Below are positions 12,725-26,308 of a stretch of DNA of 64,000 nt, in pieces. The position numbers were made by a program, and so were the translations under genes. The notes under the pieces were generated by a model. It was not told the DNA's origin. It saw only the letters and a list, made by a program, of their open reading frames with translations, and ran no database searches. Position 1 is the first letter of the stretch, and each line of letters starts with the position of its first letter. The stretch is taken from the NCBI GenBank assembly GCA_002104905.1, contig MCFE01000303.1, forward strand, positions 1 through 64,000, written 5' to 3'. This stretch comes from Basidiobolus meristosporus CBS 931.73. Lineage: Eukaryota > Fungi > Basidiobolomycota.

Positions 12725-14377
12725 CCTCAAGTTGGCGTGTCAAGCACCAGCTTCCAATGCCAAATATTGATGAGGGTAGAAGGGAATAGCAATTGGCCAA
12801 CTGAAGAATAATCACCGTGTGAGGGAGGATGACCTTTTTAAGTGGTAACCACAATAAAAATCCGTAAGCTGTCACTACGCCTGGATATAAATTCGATCAA
12901 GGCGAACCGAATGTGAAGTCGACATCAACCGATGGATAACTGATCAGTGGACGACCCCTTCTCCTAAGCGGATTGGTGTGATAAGTGCCAGACAAGATCC
13001 CAACTGGTTCAAATTTAAATTCACAATAACAGGGCATCCAAGGGATTTCTTGGAAGCGGATTGCGTATCTCAAATAGTCTGAACACGTATTGAGGTGAGG
13101 TTAACGGGGTGCTATATATTGTCGGTTTCACCAGAGAGCTAAATATAGCATTGGGTTTGTGATAAGTTACCCGAATCCTGTGCTGGCCAGATTGTCTACA
13201 GCATTCATGAGTGCCGTCATGAGTGCCGCGCACATTTGAAACAGACACAATGGCGTAGATGATGCAACGGTGACTTCCATTCTTCAGTCCCTACAACCCT
13301 CCAAATTGGATCCGCGAGGCCATTGTCGGGAACCTGGATCCTGCGTGGCAGCTAGAAACTAACCCTCGAGCTGCCAGTTACAAATGTGGTCATCATCGGC
13401 GCTGATGGAATCGGTGGCTAGATTGCGTAAAGAAGGAGCCATGTTGCACTTTTCTGGTGATATGTACAACATGGAGATTGGATCACTTCTCCAATCATAG
13501 CGACCCCTTGACCGCTAATCCTAGCAATCCTCGCCTCCCTTGTGGCTGATGAAGTCAGCAAGTCTGGGTTGAGGTGCAACCCAAGAGACGGCACATCCGG
13601 CATCCGTTGGCACCATTTCCCCCGGTACACATCGCCCGAGTCGCGAGACATAGAAATAGATTCCTGCGATCCTGCTGGCACACTCACCGCCGGCCGGGAG
13701 TAAAAACAATCTTCCAGACTAAATAGGTCAGTAAGTGTGGCCTTGCACACTCCAGATTCCTGCTCACTTGGTTGGATACAGTCAGACATCGCTATGATGC
13801 CAACAGGGTTTGTACTCTTTTTCATGAATGCGACATTAATCTCCAACACCGTTACGATTCAGCCGCCACCTAAGCTTTCCAAACCTAACGAATCGGCCAC
13901 CTGCGTCACTCCGTCAAGCGAGAGGATTGATCTTGACATGAGCAGATTGCCAGTGCTCGCTGAAGCCATTTCCTGCCGGCAGCCTGTATCGTGAAGATGT
14001 CCATATTTGCAATATTCAGTATTTAGACCCCATCTGTACTTACCGAGCACCAGGCCAAAACCCATTAATCACGCATCCTCCAGCCATCGATCAATCATAA
14101 ATAGCTGTTATCCAACTTGAGCTATTTCTTCCCAAAATAGCACTCTGGTAGGCCAAATAGGAGACAGCGGAATGTTTCACCTAAATTGGCCCACTAATGC
14201 TGGATGCTTATGTGATGCGATGGATTATCGTAGAACAGGTGCTCCTCCTCCTACTCACCCATCATCTAATCTGCATCACTAAATTAATTATCCTCTTTGA
14301 GACGCACCCGTGTCTGTCGCAGACGGTGCGTATTTTGCCTTCATCTTTTTTATTTGTGATTCAGCACCGGCCCCGTC

Positions 14378-15380
14378 ATGTCTGACCTATTGACCCCACT
14401 ACCTGCTTTCGAAAGACTAAGCGAGAGAGTCTTCAGAATTCTGGGCTTGAACCCAGGGAAATTCACGCTACAAGGTAAATGCTGTGACACAGCCTTTTCT
14501 TGCCTCACCCCCTTTCCCCGAACACAGTATTAAGCCCCCTTGCCTTTCGTTAGGAACCAATACGTATCTGGTAGGAACCGGCAAGAAGAGACTCTTGATA
14601 GATACTGGTGAGGGAAAGCCGGAGTATATCGAGTCGCTGGTGTCCGTTCTCAAAGAGCTCGGCGATGTGCAGATATCCGGAATCTTGTTGACGCATTGGC
14701 ATTACGATCATGTCAACGGTGTCCCAGGTGTGTTGGAGATGTGCGACCAACGGGGGATGGAGGCCTCTCCCACCTTGCATAAAAAAAAGTATCCGGAACG
14801 AGATAGCGCCGGCTTAAATGCGGAGGATGTGCAGGACGGCCAAGTGTTTAGCGTGGAAGGGGCCACCTTGACCGCATACCATACGCCAGGACATGCTGAA
14901 GACCACCTTGTTTTCATGCTGGGCGAGGAGGCTGCCATGTTTTCTGGGGACAATGTCTTGGGTCAGGGAACCGCAGTCTTCGAAAATTTGAAAGATTATG
15001 TAGATAGCCTTTCTCGTATGCTGTCACTAAAGCCCAATGTTATATACCCTGGACATGGCCCTGTCGTAGCAGACGGGGCCAAAACCCTCCAAGACTACAT
15101 TAAGCATCGGGAAGCCAGAGAGAAGGAGATCCTATCTCACCTACAGGTCATTCAGGAGGACCCAAGCTATGAAGACAAGTACGTCTCTGCCCTTCAGCTG
15201 GTAAAAATCATTTACTCCAGCTACCCCAAAGAGATCTATGCTGCCGCCGAAAAGGTGGTGACCCTCCAGTTGGAAAAGTTGTACTTGGAGTCCCGCGTAG
15301 TGTACAAAATCCGAGAAAACAGCTTGAAAGTGTGGTCTCTATCGAACGCCGATGAACGGGCAGCAGCCTCTAAGGCTTGA
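14378..15380 (+). CDS. LACTB2: Metallo-beta-lactamase fold protein, LACTB2-like, 2 exons
   Basis: Exon 1 RILGLNPGKFTLQG, intron 14475-14553, then TNTYLVG...LIDTG, THWHYDH (HxHxDH), HTPGH, FSGD and YPGHG. Confidence 0.9.
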
Positions 15381-16041
15381 GGCGCTTTGCAAGTCATCCA
15401 CAATCGATATTCAGCAGTCATACCCCGTGATAAGGCAGCTTAGTGGGCTTTAAATGATTATCCCGAAAATAACCAAATCACTATCCCATGCCCTGATTGC
15501 AAGACGTCTCAATGGCAACATTAACCATCTGGTATTGTCAAACTCTAAATAAATGCACCTCCCTCAACAGATGCAATCCAACGGGACATGGCACCAAGAT
15601 GCTGGTCCATATCAGAATGACACACTGTCACCACAGTAGGTATAGTGATGCGATCAGCTCTCGCTCTGCGACATCCGCAACGATGGTCGGGGCTTCAAAG
15701 ATGCATCCGAGTGGCAGCCGCTTTGAGCATGGGGTCGTCGGTCCACTAGGCTGCTATTTGACATTTCGCACTTGGCTTTTCTTCCGGCTGATCGGATAGC
15801 TTTTTTGATGGGGAGCGGATTAATTAAGCAACTCGCACTAACCAGCGTGATTTATTCTCGAATTCTAATTGTTTTTTGCGGTAGTCCAATCGACACTACT
15901 GTGGGATAATTTTTCCTTTTTTTTTCATCTTGGTGCAATCTTTTTTTTCTTTATCGATGTGGACATAGTCACAATTCGAAGGAACTCTACCTTTTGCACG
16001 TTTTGGACACGCATTCAAGCAACCTTTAGAAATTATACAAT

Positions 16042-16674
16042 ATGTCTCGCGGTGGATTCAGTCGTGGTGGTAGAGGAGGTTCTCGTGGTGGCCGTGGCGG
16101 TTTCAGCGGACCCATGGGTCCTCCTGATCAAGTGCTCGAAATGGGCTCCTTCATGCATGATTGTGAGGGCGACATGGTTTGCAAATCCATCAACACCAAG
16201 ATTCCTTACTTCAACGCTCCTATCTATTTGGAAAACAAGACTCAAATCGGCAAGGTCGATGAAATTTTGGGTCCCATCACCGACGTTTACTTCACCGTTA
16301 AGCTGCAAGACGGAATCGTGGCTTCCTCCTTCAAGCCAGAAGACAAGGTTTATATCGGCGGTGATAAGCTGTTACCTCTCGAGCGCTTCCTTCCCAAGCC
16401 CAAGACTACTGGGGCTAAGGGTAAGTATCCCGAGCTTTCTACTTCGAGGTCATATTCTAATGATTAATTTCGTGTATTAGTTGCCAAGCGTGGCGGAGGC
16501 CGTGGTGGTTTTACTCCTCGTGGCGGACGCGGTGGCTTCACCCCTCGCGGAGGCCGTGGTGGCTTCACTCCTCGTGGTGGTCGTGGTGGCTTTACCCCTC
16601 GTGGTGGTCGTGGTGGCTTTACCCCTCGCGGAGGCCGTGGTGGCTTCACTCCTCGTGGCCGTGGTCGCTTCTAA
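16042..16674 (+). CDS. GAR1: H/ACA snoRNP subunit Gar1, 2 exons
   Basis: RGG N-terminus, core [26 protein letters not shown]...[11 protein letters not shown], intron 16421-16480, and C-terminal (GRGGFTPRG)x6 encoded by a 27-bp tandem repeat. Confidence 0.97.
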
Positions 16675-17412
16675 AGGAATCTTTCATGGTACATGTAATG
16701 GGAAATCCACTCTTTTGGTGCGATAGAGCTTCGATTCCTCACCATTATATGCAAACCTGGTCAAATGTGAATCGCCACATCCCCTAAACTAAAAAAAAAT
16801 CTTCTAGTATTCTTTCTGCATTCAAAAAGAGCTCCGAATGTTTAAACTGTCGACTGTGTATATTAACTATCGATTCCTTGGTTGGTTCATTGCTATAGAA
16901 TAAAATGAATCTGTTCGGCACTTTCTTTCGACCCTGGCAGTTGGCTTTTGATTTACCACTGATTTTCTCATGTGGAGACAGTGGTATAGATGACGGTGCT
17001 GCGGCATTTGGCCTGGGGTATCTCACCACAAACATTCTTCCCTGCTCACGATTCCGACCATTATTGGGATGGGTTGAATAGAGTAATTTGGACTCTATAA
17101 CAAATGACATTTACACACCAAGTTCGTCATGCACAGCTTGGTGGTGTCAATGGAATAGCTGATTTCATTCATTCAGGCGCACCAGCCATTTTGTTGATCC
17201 TTCTAGTATGGGCATCGAACGGACACCTCTATATCCTAATCTCGCCTCAATGGCACTTTGCCATGCAGGGATAGAATCCATCAGTTACGGAATAAACGAT
17301 TATTCATCCATCGAGGTCTTGTATGGTTGTGATATCTTTTATTTGAATGTCAAGAGATTTTCTTTGGAAACCAAATCATTATTCCTCCGCTTCGGCAAGA
17401 AGTAAAAGTAAT

Positions 17413-18129
17413 TTAGAACTTCATGGCATGAGGAGCTTGACCCTTACGAAGAGTGAAGGAAGCGTTCAAGTAAGCACGAAGGTGGGGAACACCACTGACG
17501 GCGGCCAAGATTTCCTTGTCAACAGACTTTTGGTCAGCAGAGCGGGATTCAGAGATGGTCTTCTTGGGTTGCTTCTCATCGAAGAATTCCTCCTCGGTCT
17601 TGGAAGCCTTGGCGGTCTTCTCCTTCTTGAAGTAAGCATCATCGAATTTCTCGTCAACCTTAACGTTGCTCAAGTCAACCTTGGTGGAGGTGGCAATAAC
17701 GTAAGCTTGGTTAACACGTCTGAGGGGAACTCCGTTGACCTTGTAGGGTCCGGTAACCAACAACAAACCGGAAGCAAGTTGCTTCAAGAAGACAACTCTC
17801 TTTCCGCGGAAACGACCAGCCAAGAGGACGAGGACAGTTCCGGGGGTGATGGAGGTGCGAAGCTTGGTGGGCTTGGCAGTCTTGCGGGATTGCTTGGGTT
17901 GAGCAACATCTTCAGCGGGGTACCAGCGGGAAGCCTTGTTCAAGGCAACAACACGCTCCTTACCGTTCTTCTCACCGTTGACTTGAACAGTCTTGGTGGT
18001 GGCAGGAGCAGCGGCAGCCTTCTCGGCGCTAACCTTTTGCTTCTTGTAAAGAGCACGCTTGGAGAAAGCGCTGGAGCGAGAGACACGGGTGATACCGGGG
18101 GCGATGAAAGAGTTGCGAGGTTTGTGCAT
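17413..18129 (-). CDS. RPL6: 60S ribosomal protein L6 (eL6)
   Basis: LRTSITPGTVLVLLAGRFRGKRVVFLKQL...VTGPYKVNGVPLRRVNQAYVIATS...PHAMKF. ATG at 18129, with a probable 5'-UTR intron at 18142-18362. Confidence 0.97.
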   Translation of the reverse strand: MHKPRNSFIAPGITRVSRSSAFSKRALYKKQKVSAEKAAAAPATTKTVQVNGEKNGKERVVALNKASRWYPAEDVAQPKQSRKTAKPTKLRTSITPGTVLVLLAGRFRGKRVVFLKQLASGLLLVTGPYKVNGVPLRRVNQAYVIATSTKVDLSNVKVDEKFDDAYFKKEKTAKASKTEEEFFDEKQPKKTISESRSADQKSVDKEILAAVSGVPHLRAYLNASFTLRKGQAPHAMKF

Positions 18130-19127
18130 ATTAAACAACCACTAGAATAAACAAGAGGGTAAGAAACTTAATCAGGTGTATTGTCTGCGCGATGCAAGCA
18201 TTGGGTTTGAATCTTCGTTGATGTATGTATCTATCCAATTTCAATAGATTCCATCACTAATCTGAAGTTCTCTTTGGTATCGAGGTAGACACTCCATCAT
18301 TCATTGCTTAACTCTATTGTTCGCTTCCTTCGCACAAGGGGAGAGAAGAAATGGAAACTTACCAGTAATGGAATTCAACAAAGGCCGCTCGTGTGGATGG
18401 AGGAGAGAGAGATCGTTCTGACAATCCAAAAGTAATTTATTCCTCTGACTACTCGGTGCCATCGAGCCCAAGGTCTCATCACCAATCAGCAGCCAGTCCC
18501 GGTTGTGATCGAAAAAAAATCAATACCAAAATCAATACAATAAACATTATGCATAGATGTTGGATGGCCCTAATTTAAACCTAGTTGACGTGCTTTTAAG
18601 CGAACTGCGTATTTGGTGGGATCCCCGAGATGGTGTGTTGTGACGTTTTCTGTGAAGTGCATATAAGCCACAATCAGGAATTCGGTCCCCCCCACTATCG
18701 ACAGTCATCCAACACTGACGAAGTTGGATTGATTCAACTATTTTGAATTGACTCATGGCAAAGGCCAGTTAACTATCATGTGACAGGTCTCTCAACACCC
18801 AAGCCCCTACGCTCGGACGCAAATGCTCATATTCTTGCCGGACGGAAAGTCGCTGAATTTCTAAATAGAGACTAAAGGCATATTATGTCATCAAGGAAGA
18901 AATGATGTACGATATTGCCATACTAAACATGAAGGTGGCATGGACATTAGGGCTTATGCAGGGTCTTTCCAGCACTTTCATCTATTTTCCGAAATCACTT
19001 TTAGTGTCGTCATGCTTGGGAGGAAATTTAGTGACAGCCACAGGTTATGAGGTGTGGTGGTCAGTTCAACATTATTGTATTTACAAATCAAGTATCAAGC
19101 TTTCTGGCAAACAAATGTGGACTGCAT

Positions 19128-19646
19128 CTATTGATGAAGAAAGCGTGTAATGGCAATGGGAGCCAAAAGACTAAGGCCTATCACAGGTAAGGTAGGGCTA
19201 GAGTTTTCTGCACGTTTGCGAGTGATACCACCACCAGGCTGCCCTGGTGGTGGCTTGCTATCAACAGCACCAGTAGGTGAAGGGGGTGAGGGTTGAATGG
19301 AAACGGGGTGGTGTTGAGTAGAGGGTTGGTAATGGTTTGACAGACATTCAGCTTGGCAGCTCGCAATGGAGGAGGATGAGGATTGGCATTGGGCAAAACA
19401 GTCGAGGGTGGCCAAGACCTGATCGATGTCGGGGCTGGGTACTCCATAACACTCTGCAATACAAGCTTGATCGTCTCCGCAACGGTAAAGCTGAGTACAT
19501 TCGTACCGAGCATCCTCTTCGAGGATTTCAGGTAGATCTATGGGCGCTGGTGCAGTGCTGTTCGAAGGCTCCCCATCGACACGCACACTCAAAACACCCT
19601 GCGATAGCGTGACAAGTATAATAAGAATGGATGTAAACGAAAGCAT
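19128..19646 (-). CDS. Secreted Cys-rich protein, probably GPI-anchored
   Basis: Signal peptide, 8-Cys domain (C...C..D..CIAEC..VPSP...ATLDCFAQC...CQAECL), Pro/Ser linker and hydrophobic C-terminus. Confidence 0.75.
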   Translation of the reverse strand: MLSFTSILIILVTLSQGVLSVRVDGEPSNSTAPAPIDLPEILEEDARYECTQLYRCGDDQACIAECYGVPSPDIDQVLATLDCFAQCQSSSSSIASCQAECLSNHYQPSTQHHPVSIQPSPPSPTGAVDSKPPPGQPGGGITRKRAENSSPTLPVIGLSLLAPIAITRFLHQ

Positions 19647-20166
19647 ATTTTGTTCGAAAGACCCCTACGTCGTTTACGCTCTATTTAAACTACCGTCCAG
19701 CTGATACTAACCTGTTTCTTGCTTCTGGAGAGCATGAAAGGTGACCGATTTTTCAGGGGTGTCTACATACTTCAGCGTTGCTTTGACATTGCTTGCCTTT
19801 ATTGCACCTCGAGCACCTAAGCTAGTTTATGCCATAAGTAGCAAACGAACTTACGACTCCAGATCAAAGATTTAATATAGGCAGTCACTCAACAGGCTGG
19901 TCTTCCTGTGTTGTCTTGCATTTCCACATGGACGAAATCCACCTTACGAAGAGTCTCTTGCTTACGATATGAGAATATTCGCGGTGATTGCTAGTGGATT
20001 GAATTCTGACCAGACTATACACTGTAGCATACGTTTATTGAATATTGCATTTTGATAAACTGGCCCAAGCGAAATAGAACTTGAAAATTAATAAATTACA
20101 AAGCGGAATGATTTCTTCCTGGAGTGGCTCGTCGGCATGATGGTGATGGTACAGCTCTCAAGGCAA

Positions 20167-21542
20167 TTAAAGAGGCAACTCAAACTTGATTTTCAGATCA
20201 GCTTCGCGAGCCATCTCCACGATATTGGAGAGGTTGACCGCCTTCTTGGCGGCCTCATCCAAATCGCTGATTGAGAAGATTCTCAAGCCTGAATCTTGTA
20301 TCAACTGCTTGGCGGCGTCAACACGAGTGCCCTGCAAGCGAACAACCAAGGGGATGTTTAAGTTTAGTTGGTTAACAGCGGCAATGATTCCTTGCGCAAT
20401 GATATCGCATCTCATGATTCCTCCGAAAATGTTGACCAGAATGGCAGAGACGCGAGGGTCAGTGCTGATTAACTTGAATGCCTCAGTAACTTGTTCAGCC
20501 GTGGCACCACCTCCAACATCCAAGAAGTTGGCCGGATCTCCCCCGTGGAGCTTGATGATGTCCATGGTGGACATGGCAAGGCCAGCACCGTTTACCAGAC
20601 AGCCAATGGACCCATCCAGTCCAATGTAATTCAAGTTGTATTTGGCAGCCATGACCTCACGCTCGTCCTCCTGACTAGTATCGCGAAGTTCAAAGATATC
20701 CTTACGACGGAATTCAGCATTCTCGTCGAAGTTGAATTTGGCATCCATGCAAAGCACCTCGTTGGTACTGGACTCCGCCATGGGGTTGATTTCGATCATA
20801 GTGGCGTCTTTTTCCGAGAACAACTTGTACAGCTTCATCATTGTATCAGCCGCCTGGTCAACACATTTAGGAGAGAAGCCCATCTTGGCAGCCAAATCCT
20901 TGGCCTGATCGACTTTCAGACCGACGTCGATATCCACAGGAAGGGTTAGAATGGCTTCTGGATTCTCACGGGCCACAGTCTCGATGTCGACACCCCCTTG
21001 AGAGGAAGCCACGAGGACTGGGCCACCAGTTTGACGATCCATTAGGATGGCGAAGTAATACTCGCGACGGACAAACTCACGTTGGACCACGTAGACAGCA
21101 TTGCACATTCGCCCTTTAGCCCCGGTTTGTTTGGTGACCAGATTATGCCCAAGCATCTGCTCAGCAAACATTCTTGCCTCCGTGGGGGAGAAGACAGGGC
21201 GTACACCCCCTTTCAAGCCAGAGTCGAAAATGCCCTTGCCACGTCCGCCAGCCAATACCTGAGCTTTAATCACCATATCCTCCGTGGCCAGACGCTGGGC
21301 GACCTCGTAAGCCTCTATTGGTGACTTGGCCACTTCGCCTTTGGGTATATTGACTCCGTATTTTTTCAACAGGTCCATGGAAAGGTATTCATGGATCGAC
21401 AAGTATCTTCTTTGGTGGCTTTGGGCTGGCTTAATCTGGCATATTGTTAGAGGGTGGACCAGCGAGGGATAGCCCATCAATTTTCTCAAGTACTTACATA
21501 TTTGGCATTGAGGGAGGCCCGGGTAAACAAGTTCCTGAACAT
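20167..21542 (-). CDS. LSC2: Succinyl-CoA ligase beta subunit, mitochondrial, 2 exons
   Basis: [56 protein letters not shown] and [10 protein letters not shown]. Presequence exon [15 protein letters not shown], intron 21436-21497. Confidence 0.97.
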
Positions 21543-23433
21543 ATTTATTACACGTCAAACAACTGCGTAAGGATTGTACTAGTGTAGGGGTGGTGAAGAG
21601 ACGGGCAAATAGTTATTAGCAGAACAGAGTAATACTACAGCTATGAGCCACCGTCCAAGTTATATAGAAACCGAAATAAATCCCCTGATTTATTTAGTAT
21701 TCATTGGCCATCCTTATGGTCACACGTAGCATCTCAAAAAGTGCGGCACCTGGCTTAATTAGCTAGGCTGAGAAAAGATGAAAATGAATAGGAGTTGTGA
21801 TGACACCTTGCCCGCTCTGGGTGTGCACACATCATTGGTACTGATACCCAGCAAGCAATGAGGTCTATTCTGGAAAGAGCTAAATTCCGCTCAATGGCAG
21901 TGCTAGTCAGTAGGACTCGGCGTTAGGATAGCCATTCATCACACCTTGGTAGCGCTGTTACGAATTATGTAAGCATGAGATGCTTCTGTAAAGTGGAAGG
22001 GATCTTACCTTCAAGCCAATGGAAGGCGGTTCCTGTGGGCGTGATCGGATCTCCAGTACCATGATATTGTGGCCGGTATTTACCACAGAAATTGCACATC
22101 TCCATTGCATTTCGTGCACAGCGATTGCCAACAGGTGCACCTGACCGAACAGAAATATGCAGAATCTTCGTAGCGAGAAACTGCAGCGATGTAGAGCAAG
22201 AGACTAGCCACATTTCCCATATTTTGTGGGATCGGGATCACTCCGTCCACAAACCGGTCAGACCATGGGATAGATGACGAACACAATGCCACATGAAATC
22301 ACCACTTCATCATAGTCCATGCTGATGAATGGAATCGCAATTGACCCGGTGTGAGGATTTACCCAGCTCATGTCCTGAATCAACGACAGCATCTTCGTTG
22401 CGTCTGATATGCGACAAGTCCGTTATCTCCGCGGAGGGATTGGTGGAGCTCTAGCAGATGATGAAACCCCTGATTCGATGACTTGTCCACGCAACTCTGT
22501 CATCTACCGTTGGGGTCGCAAATGGGGGTTGTGATATTGGCAGATCGAGGTGCGCTTATGCGTAATGCTAGCAATGACAACCCTGCTGAGGCTCTGTGAT
22601 ACAATTGGGGCAACAGGAAATCGTTAGCCAAGATGGCCTGTCTCCAGCTATTGCCACTTGTGTTCGATTCACTGTGTGCCACGACCAGCAGCGGATAGAT
22701 GTTGAACAAACACAAAGGTTATTTGATCCACCATCTGCTGATGAATTTTATCCGAAGTGATCGCGTGATTCTCATATGATGCTGCAAATGGTCAGTGGGA
22801 GGGAGGGCCATTAGTAACTTCTCCGGAGATCTCTACCGGAAATTTAGAGTTCATCTTGATCTTCCCAAGGGCAGGCTCAACCCACCTCTGCATCTGAGTA
22901 GTGGAGTGTATTCTCTTTGGCCCTATGACCTCCAGGCATTCCCGGTGAATCCTGAATTTTCACAAGTCGCCCATATTCAGATTCCCAAGGCCCCTTCATT
23001 GATCCTATTGGCTGGCCGCCACCGAGAGTGACTTGCGCCATCTAATCGTTCACCTTTCTAGTGGATCACCCCTCTACCCCGATGCAAGGTGTCCGCGGCA
23101 TGGCTCATAAAATCCATCGACACGATGATCCAAGGAATTAAACACAATCGGTCTATTGGTGTGGAAGGTATACAGAAGTGCTCCAGAAGGAGGGTGCAAG
23201 CTACATACAGTAAACATACCGAACTGATCGTCGAAGTGGAGACGAAGGAATTGATAAAATGTACAGAACCAACGACAACCCGAAACTCCCCCACCCCGCT
23301 TAGCAAAGAAACCTCTATCTAGAAAAAATCAGCCTATTTAAGCATGCACCGGCTTTTCCTCTTACATTTACTAAACAACAGCTGGATGCGGATTACATAG
23401 ACTTGCGGTTCAGAAGGCTGGGTTTGTTCCCCT

Positions 23434-26308
23434 TTACCAGGTGTAAGTGTTGGTACCATGAAGGTAGCTCTTCCTGTACGAACTGGCTGTATGCATGGGC
23501 TTGCTCTCTTCCGACTCGATTTCCGAGTCATATTCCGTGTCGGAGAAACTCCTCCTCATGGTAATCATACTCTTGGAATGTTTCAAGCTGGGCGCTTGCA
23601 GTGCCTCAAATGCCCTCCCACTCTCCGCAACGAACGAATTTGGCAGTGAGCGTGAGTAGAGTGGCACTTGGTCAGCTCGTGGGTTCGGATACCTCAACGT
23701 GTCGCTACTTCTACCGAGGATTTCCCTTGAGGAGCCATCGAAAGATCCGGAGATTTGGTTGGATGCACTGGCATCAGAATGGGACCGTCCTGCCTCAGAG
23801 GTGAAGACGGTGCTCGCTGCCATGAGCGAGTCCGACAACATGCTATTCTCTTGCTTCAGCTGGTGGAACCTTGACAAAGAATGCTGCCCACGGGTTAATA
23901 CGTTGGCACCTCGGAGGGAGGATGTAGCTTACCTGAAAAGCGCTCTCGCCTTGCCCACCTCCGGCACTATTTTCCGAAGTATCAAATGCATCGAACATCT
24001 TTAGCGACCCTCTGGCATCTATCAACTTGACGAACTCCCCAACGTCATCGTCATCCGGCTGGTTCGTTATAACGGACTGGAAGTAAGGGTTAGAGTCGAG
24101 CGAAATCCTTTCAAACAGACTATCAAACAGCGTACCGCTCGACTTTGTGGACGCGATGAACGTCCGCCAGCGTCGTATAGGCCATCGTTGCTCAGAAGAG
24201 ATGTGGTCCGATGACGACGCGGCAAGCCCTGTGAAGACCGGGAATCCTCTCGGGAAGTGTCTGAGTTGTAACGGTTCCCAAAAGAGGACGACAGCTTGGT
24301 TGCCCCGGTGGGCGCCTTGCCCAGGGGCAGTGGAATTGCCGCGGTGCGGGGAGTGGAGGAATTAGCATATTGTTGATGGAGGGAGGTGGTCGAGGTTTTT
24401 CTGCGAAGTCCAAGTAAGCTAGAGGAGGATGTTTCGTGGACGGAGGCGGGGGAAGTAGAAAGCGAAGGCGATTTGAATGGTGAGATCAGTGAAAGTGATG
24501 GTCGAGGTGAACGGCTATATACCGAAGAGTTCTGATTCTGAAGATCCAAGTTAATTCATCGCAGATACCACCAGCGTGTGTTGGTTGATACTAACCCAAA
24601 CTGATCGGCGGGACGAGGTTAATGGGGCTGTCCCATATATGTCAATCCGATTGTCTGCATTGCTATTCTCGTTCTCATCGATGTCGATAGGAAGCTTCCC
24701 GCTAGTGCTTGAAAGTGAACGGGCCCGGATATATTGCCTGGAACCAACGGAAGAAAAACTGGGTGAAGCCCGCTGATAGGACGGTTGCGAGAAACGGTGT
24801 CCATCACAATCAGCTATGGATAAGGAGGAACCGGTGCGAGGGGTGGACGCTAAAAACGGCCTCGGATAGTCCTCCGCTGTATTGACTGCCATACTTTTTG
24901 GCCTCGAAGAGCCATGCGACGACCGGAGCGAGCTGGTGTGGGACATCTAGCAATCAAAGTTGAAAAGCCATCCGAATGCGATCAATATAAGAAGTGTTAC
25001 CCTGTAGCTTCTGCTCTCCAGCGAACCATGGTACCTACTGCTGTCAGAGTGCTCCTGCAACTGAGAATCCATCTCCGTAGGAGAAGCAGTGAGAAAGGCC
25101 TCTTTATCGGTTGTATTGAATTTGGAGCTAAGAACCGCCTCTGGATCTTCCACACAGAAGTCGCAGTTCGACCGATATCTCACATTCAGGACGAACGAAC
25201 TATCGAAAGTAGCTCGTTAGACAAAGAGCCCCTGATGTTGCTACAAACACACAATTACCCCAGAGGCGTATCGATCGGATCGAAGGCGTGATTTGAGGTG
25301 CCTCCGTTCGAGTCCGCTTCAGAGATGGGAGTATCTTGAAATTTGCACTCTAAGTTAGTCGATCTCTCCGATGTGCTCAAACATCGGGTCCACAATACCT
25401 ATCCCGATTTCATTTTCGGGCGAAGTGGGCGCGGTCGTCAATCGGTAGCCCAACTTCAATCCTTTCAGCTTCATCTTCCGAAGCCGGCGAAACAGTCTGT
25501 ATGCGGGCAGCTGACGTACATAGGTGTAAAGAGATCGGAAGAAAACGATGGATTTTTTGTACACAACTGGGAGGTCGACAACGCTCAGGTTGATTGGTTC
25601 TCTGAGATGGAATGCAGCGTGTCAACGAGGCTTTCAAGTATAGTACGCTTCCACTCAACTTACATCAGAAACAGTTGCCATGACTCAAGAAGAATGGTCT
25701 GCTTCTTGCTGATTTTGTCGATATATTTCAGGTGGGTGCTGAGACTGCCATTCCCAACGTCAACCTTCACTTTCTGCAGTAGCTCGTCATTCAAGACCAG
25801 TATCTGTCGATGGTTCAAGTCGGCAGCGTCTAGGTATATTTCTAAGATCATAGGTGAAGGGGAGGGGGTTGACAAACAAGCGGTGCGCCAGTATTTCAAC
25901 TCGGTTTTGTACGTTTTGTGGTCTTCAAGTTCCAAATTGAACTGTAAATTGAAAGTACTTCGAATCAGTAGCTAGCCTGGAAAAGGATCCGTTGGGGGAA
26001 CCCAGAAATCTGCCAGCTTCTTACCCATTTGTTGACTTTCTTCGGGGCTATGGTGGCGTTGCTATTTGCTATTCGGGACTGCAACAGGATCTGGGTAACC
26101 TTTGTGTAGAAGTTCTGTGAAAAAGTTGGCTGTGGTTAGAGAAAGGCGATAGCCGGTGCAGGGGAAGCATACATGCCTGGACTATCTGCTCGCTCCTCTG
26201 GTTTCGTCCTGATTGTGAGGCGGCGGTACTTGCCACTGAGGGTGCATAGTCAGAAGAGGGTGGAGGCGAATCCGAAATGGGCAACGAACGATTCATTGTT
26301 TGTTTCAT
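23434..26308 (-). CDS. ATG13: Autophagy protein Atg13 (HORMA domain plus Ser-rich disordered tail), multi-exon; ends approximate
   Basis: Exon fragments EQIVQ-NFFTKVAQIVLQSR, KVNKW-FNLELED...MILEIYLD...ILLESW, YKKSIVFFRSLYTYVRQLPAY and YRSNCDFCVEDPEAVLSSKF match fungal Atg13. Confidence 0.85.

Noticed and set aside
13418-13849. Possible protein kinase remnant
   Set aside because: Only a VYRGKW-like fragment, with no VAVK, HRD or DFG motifs. Mentioned only within the eroded-gap finding.
16464-16726. Repetitive ORFs (KPPRPPRGV)n and (VVVVAL)n
   Set aside because: Antisense and alternative frames of the GAR1 27-bp RGG repeat. It is coding, not CRISPR-like: no unique spacers.
17347-18150. 267-aa plus-strand ORF
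   Set aside because: Antisense shadow of codon-biased RPL6. The same applies to 20186-20949 over LSC2 and 39693-40091 over GH8.
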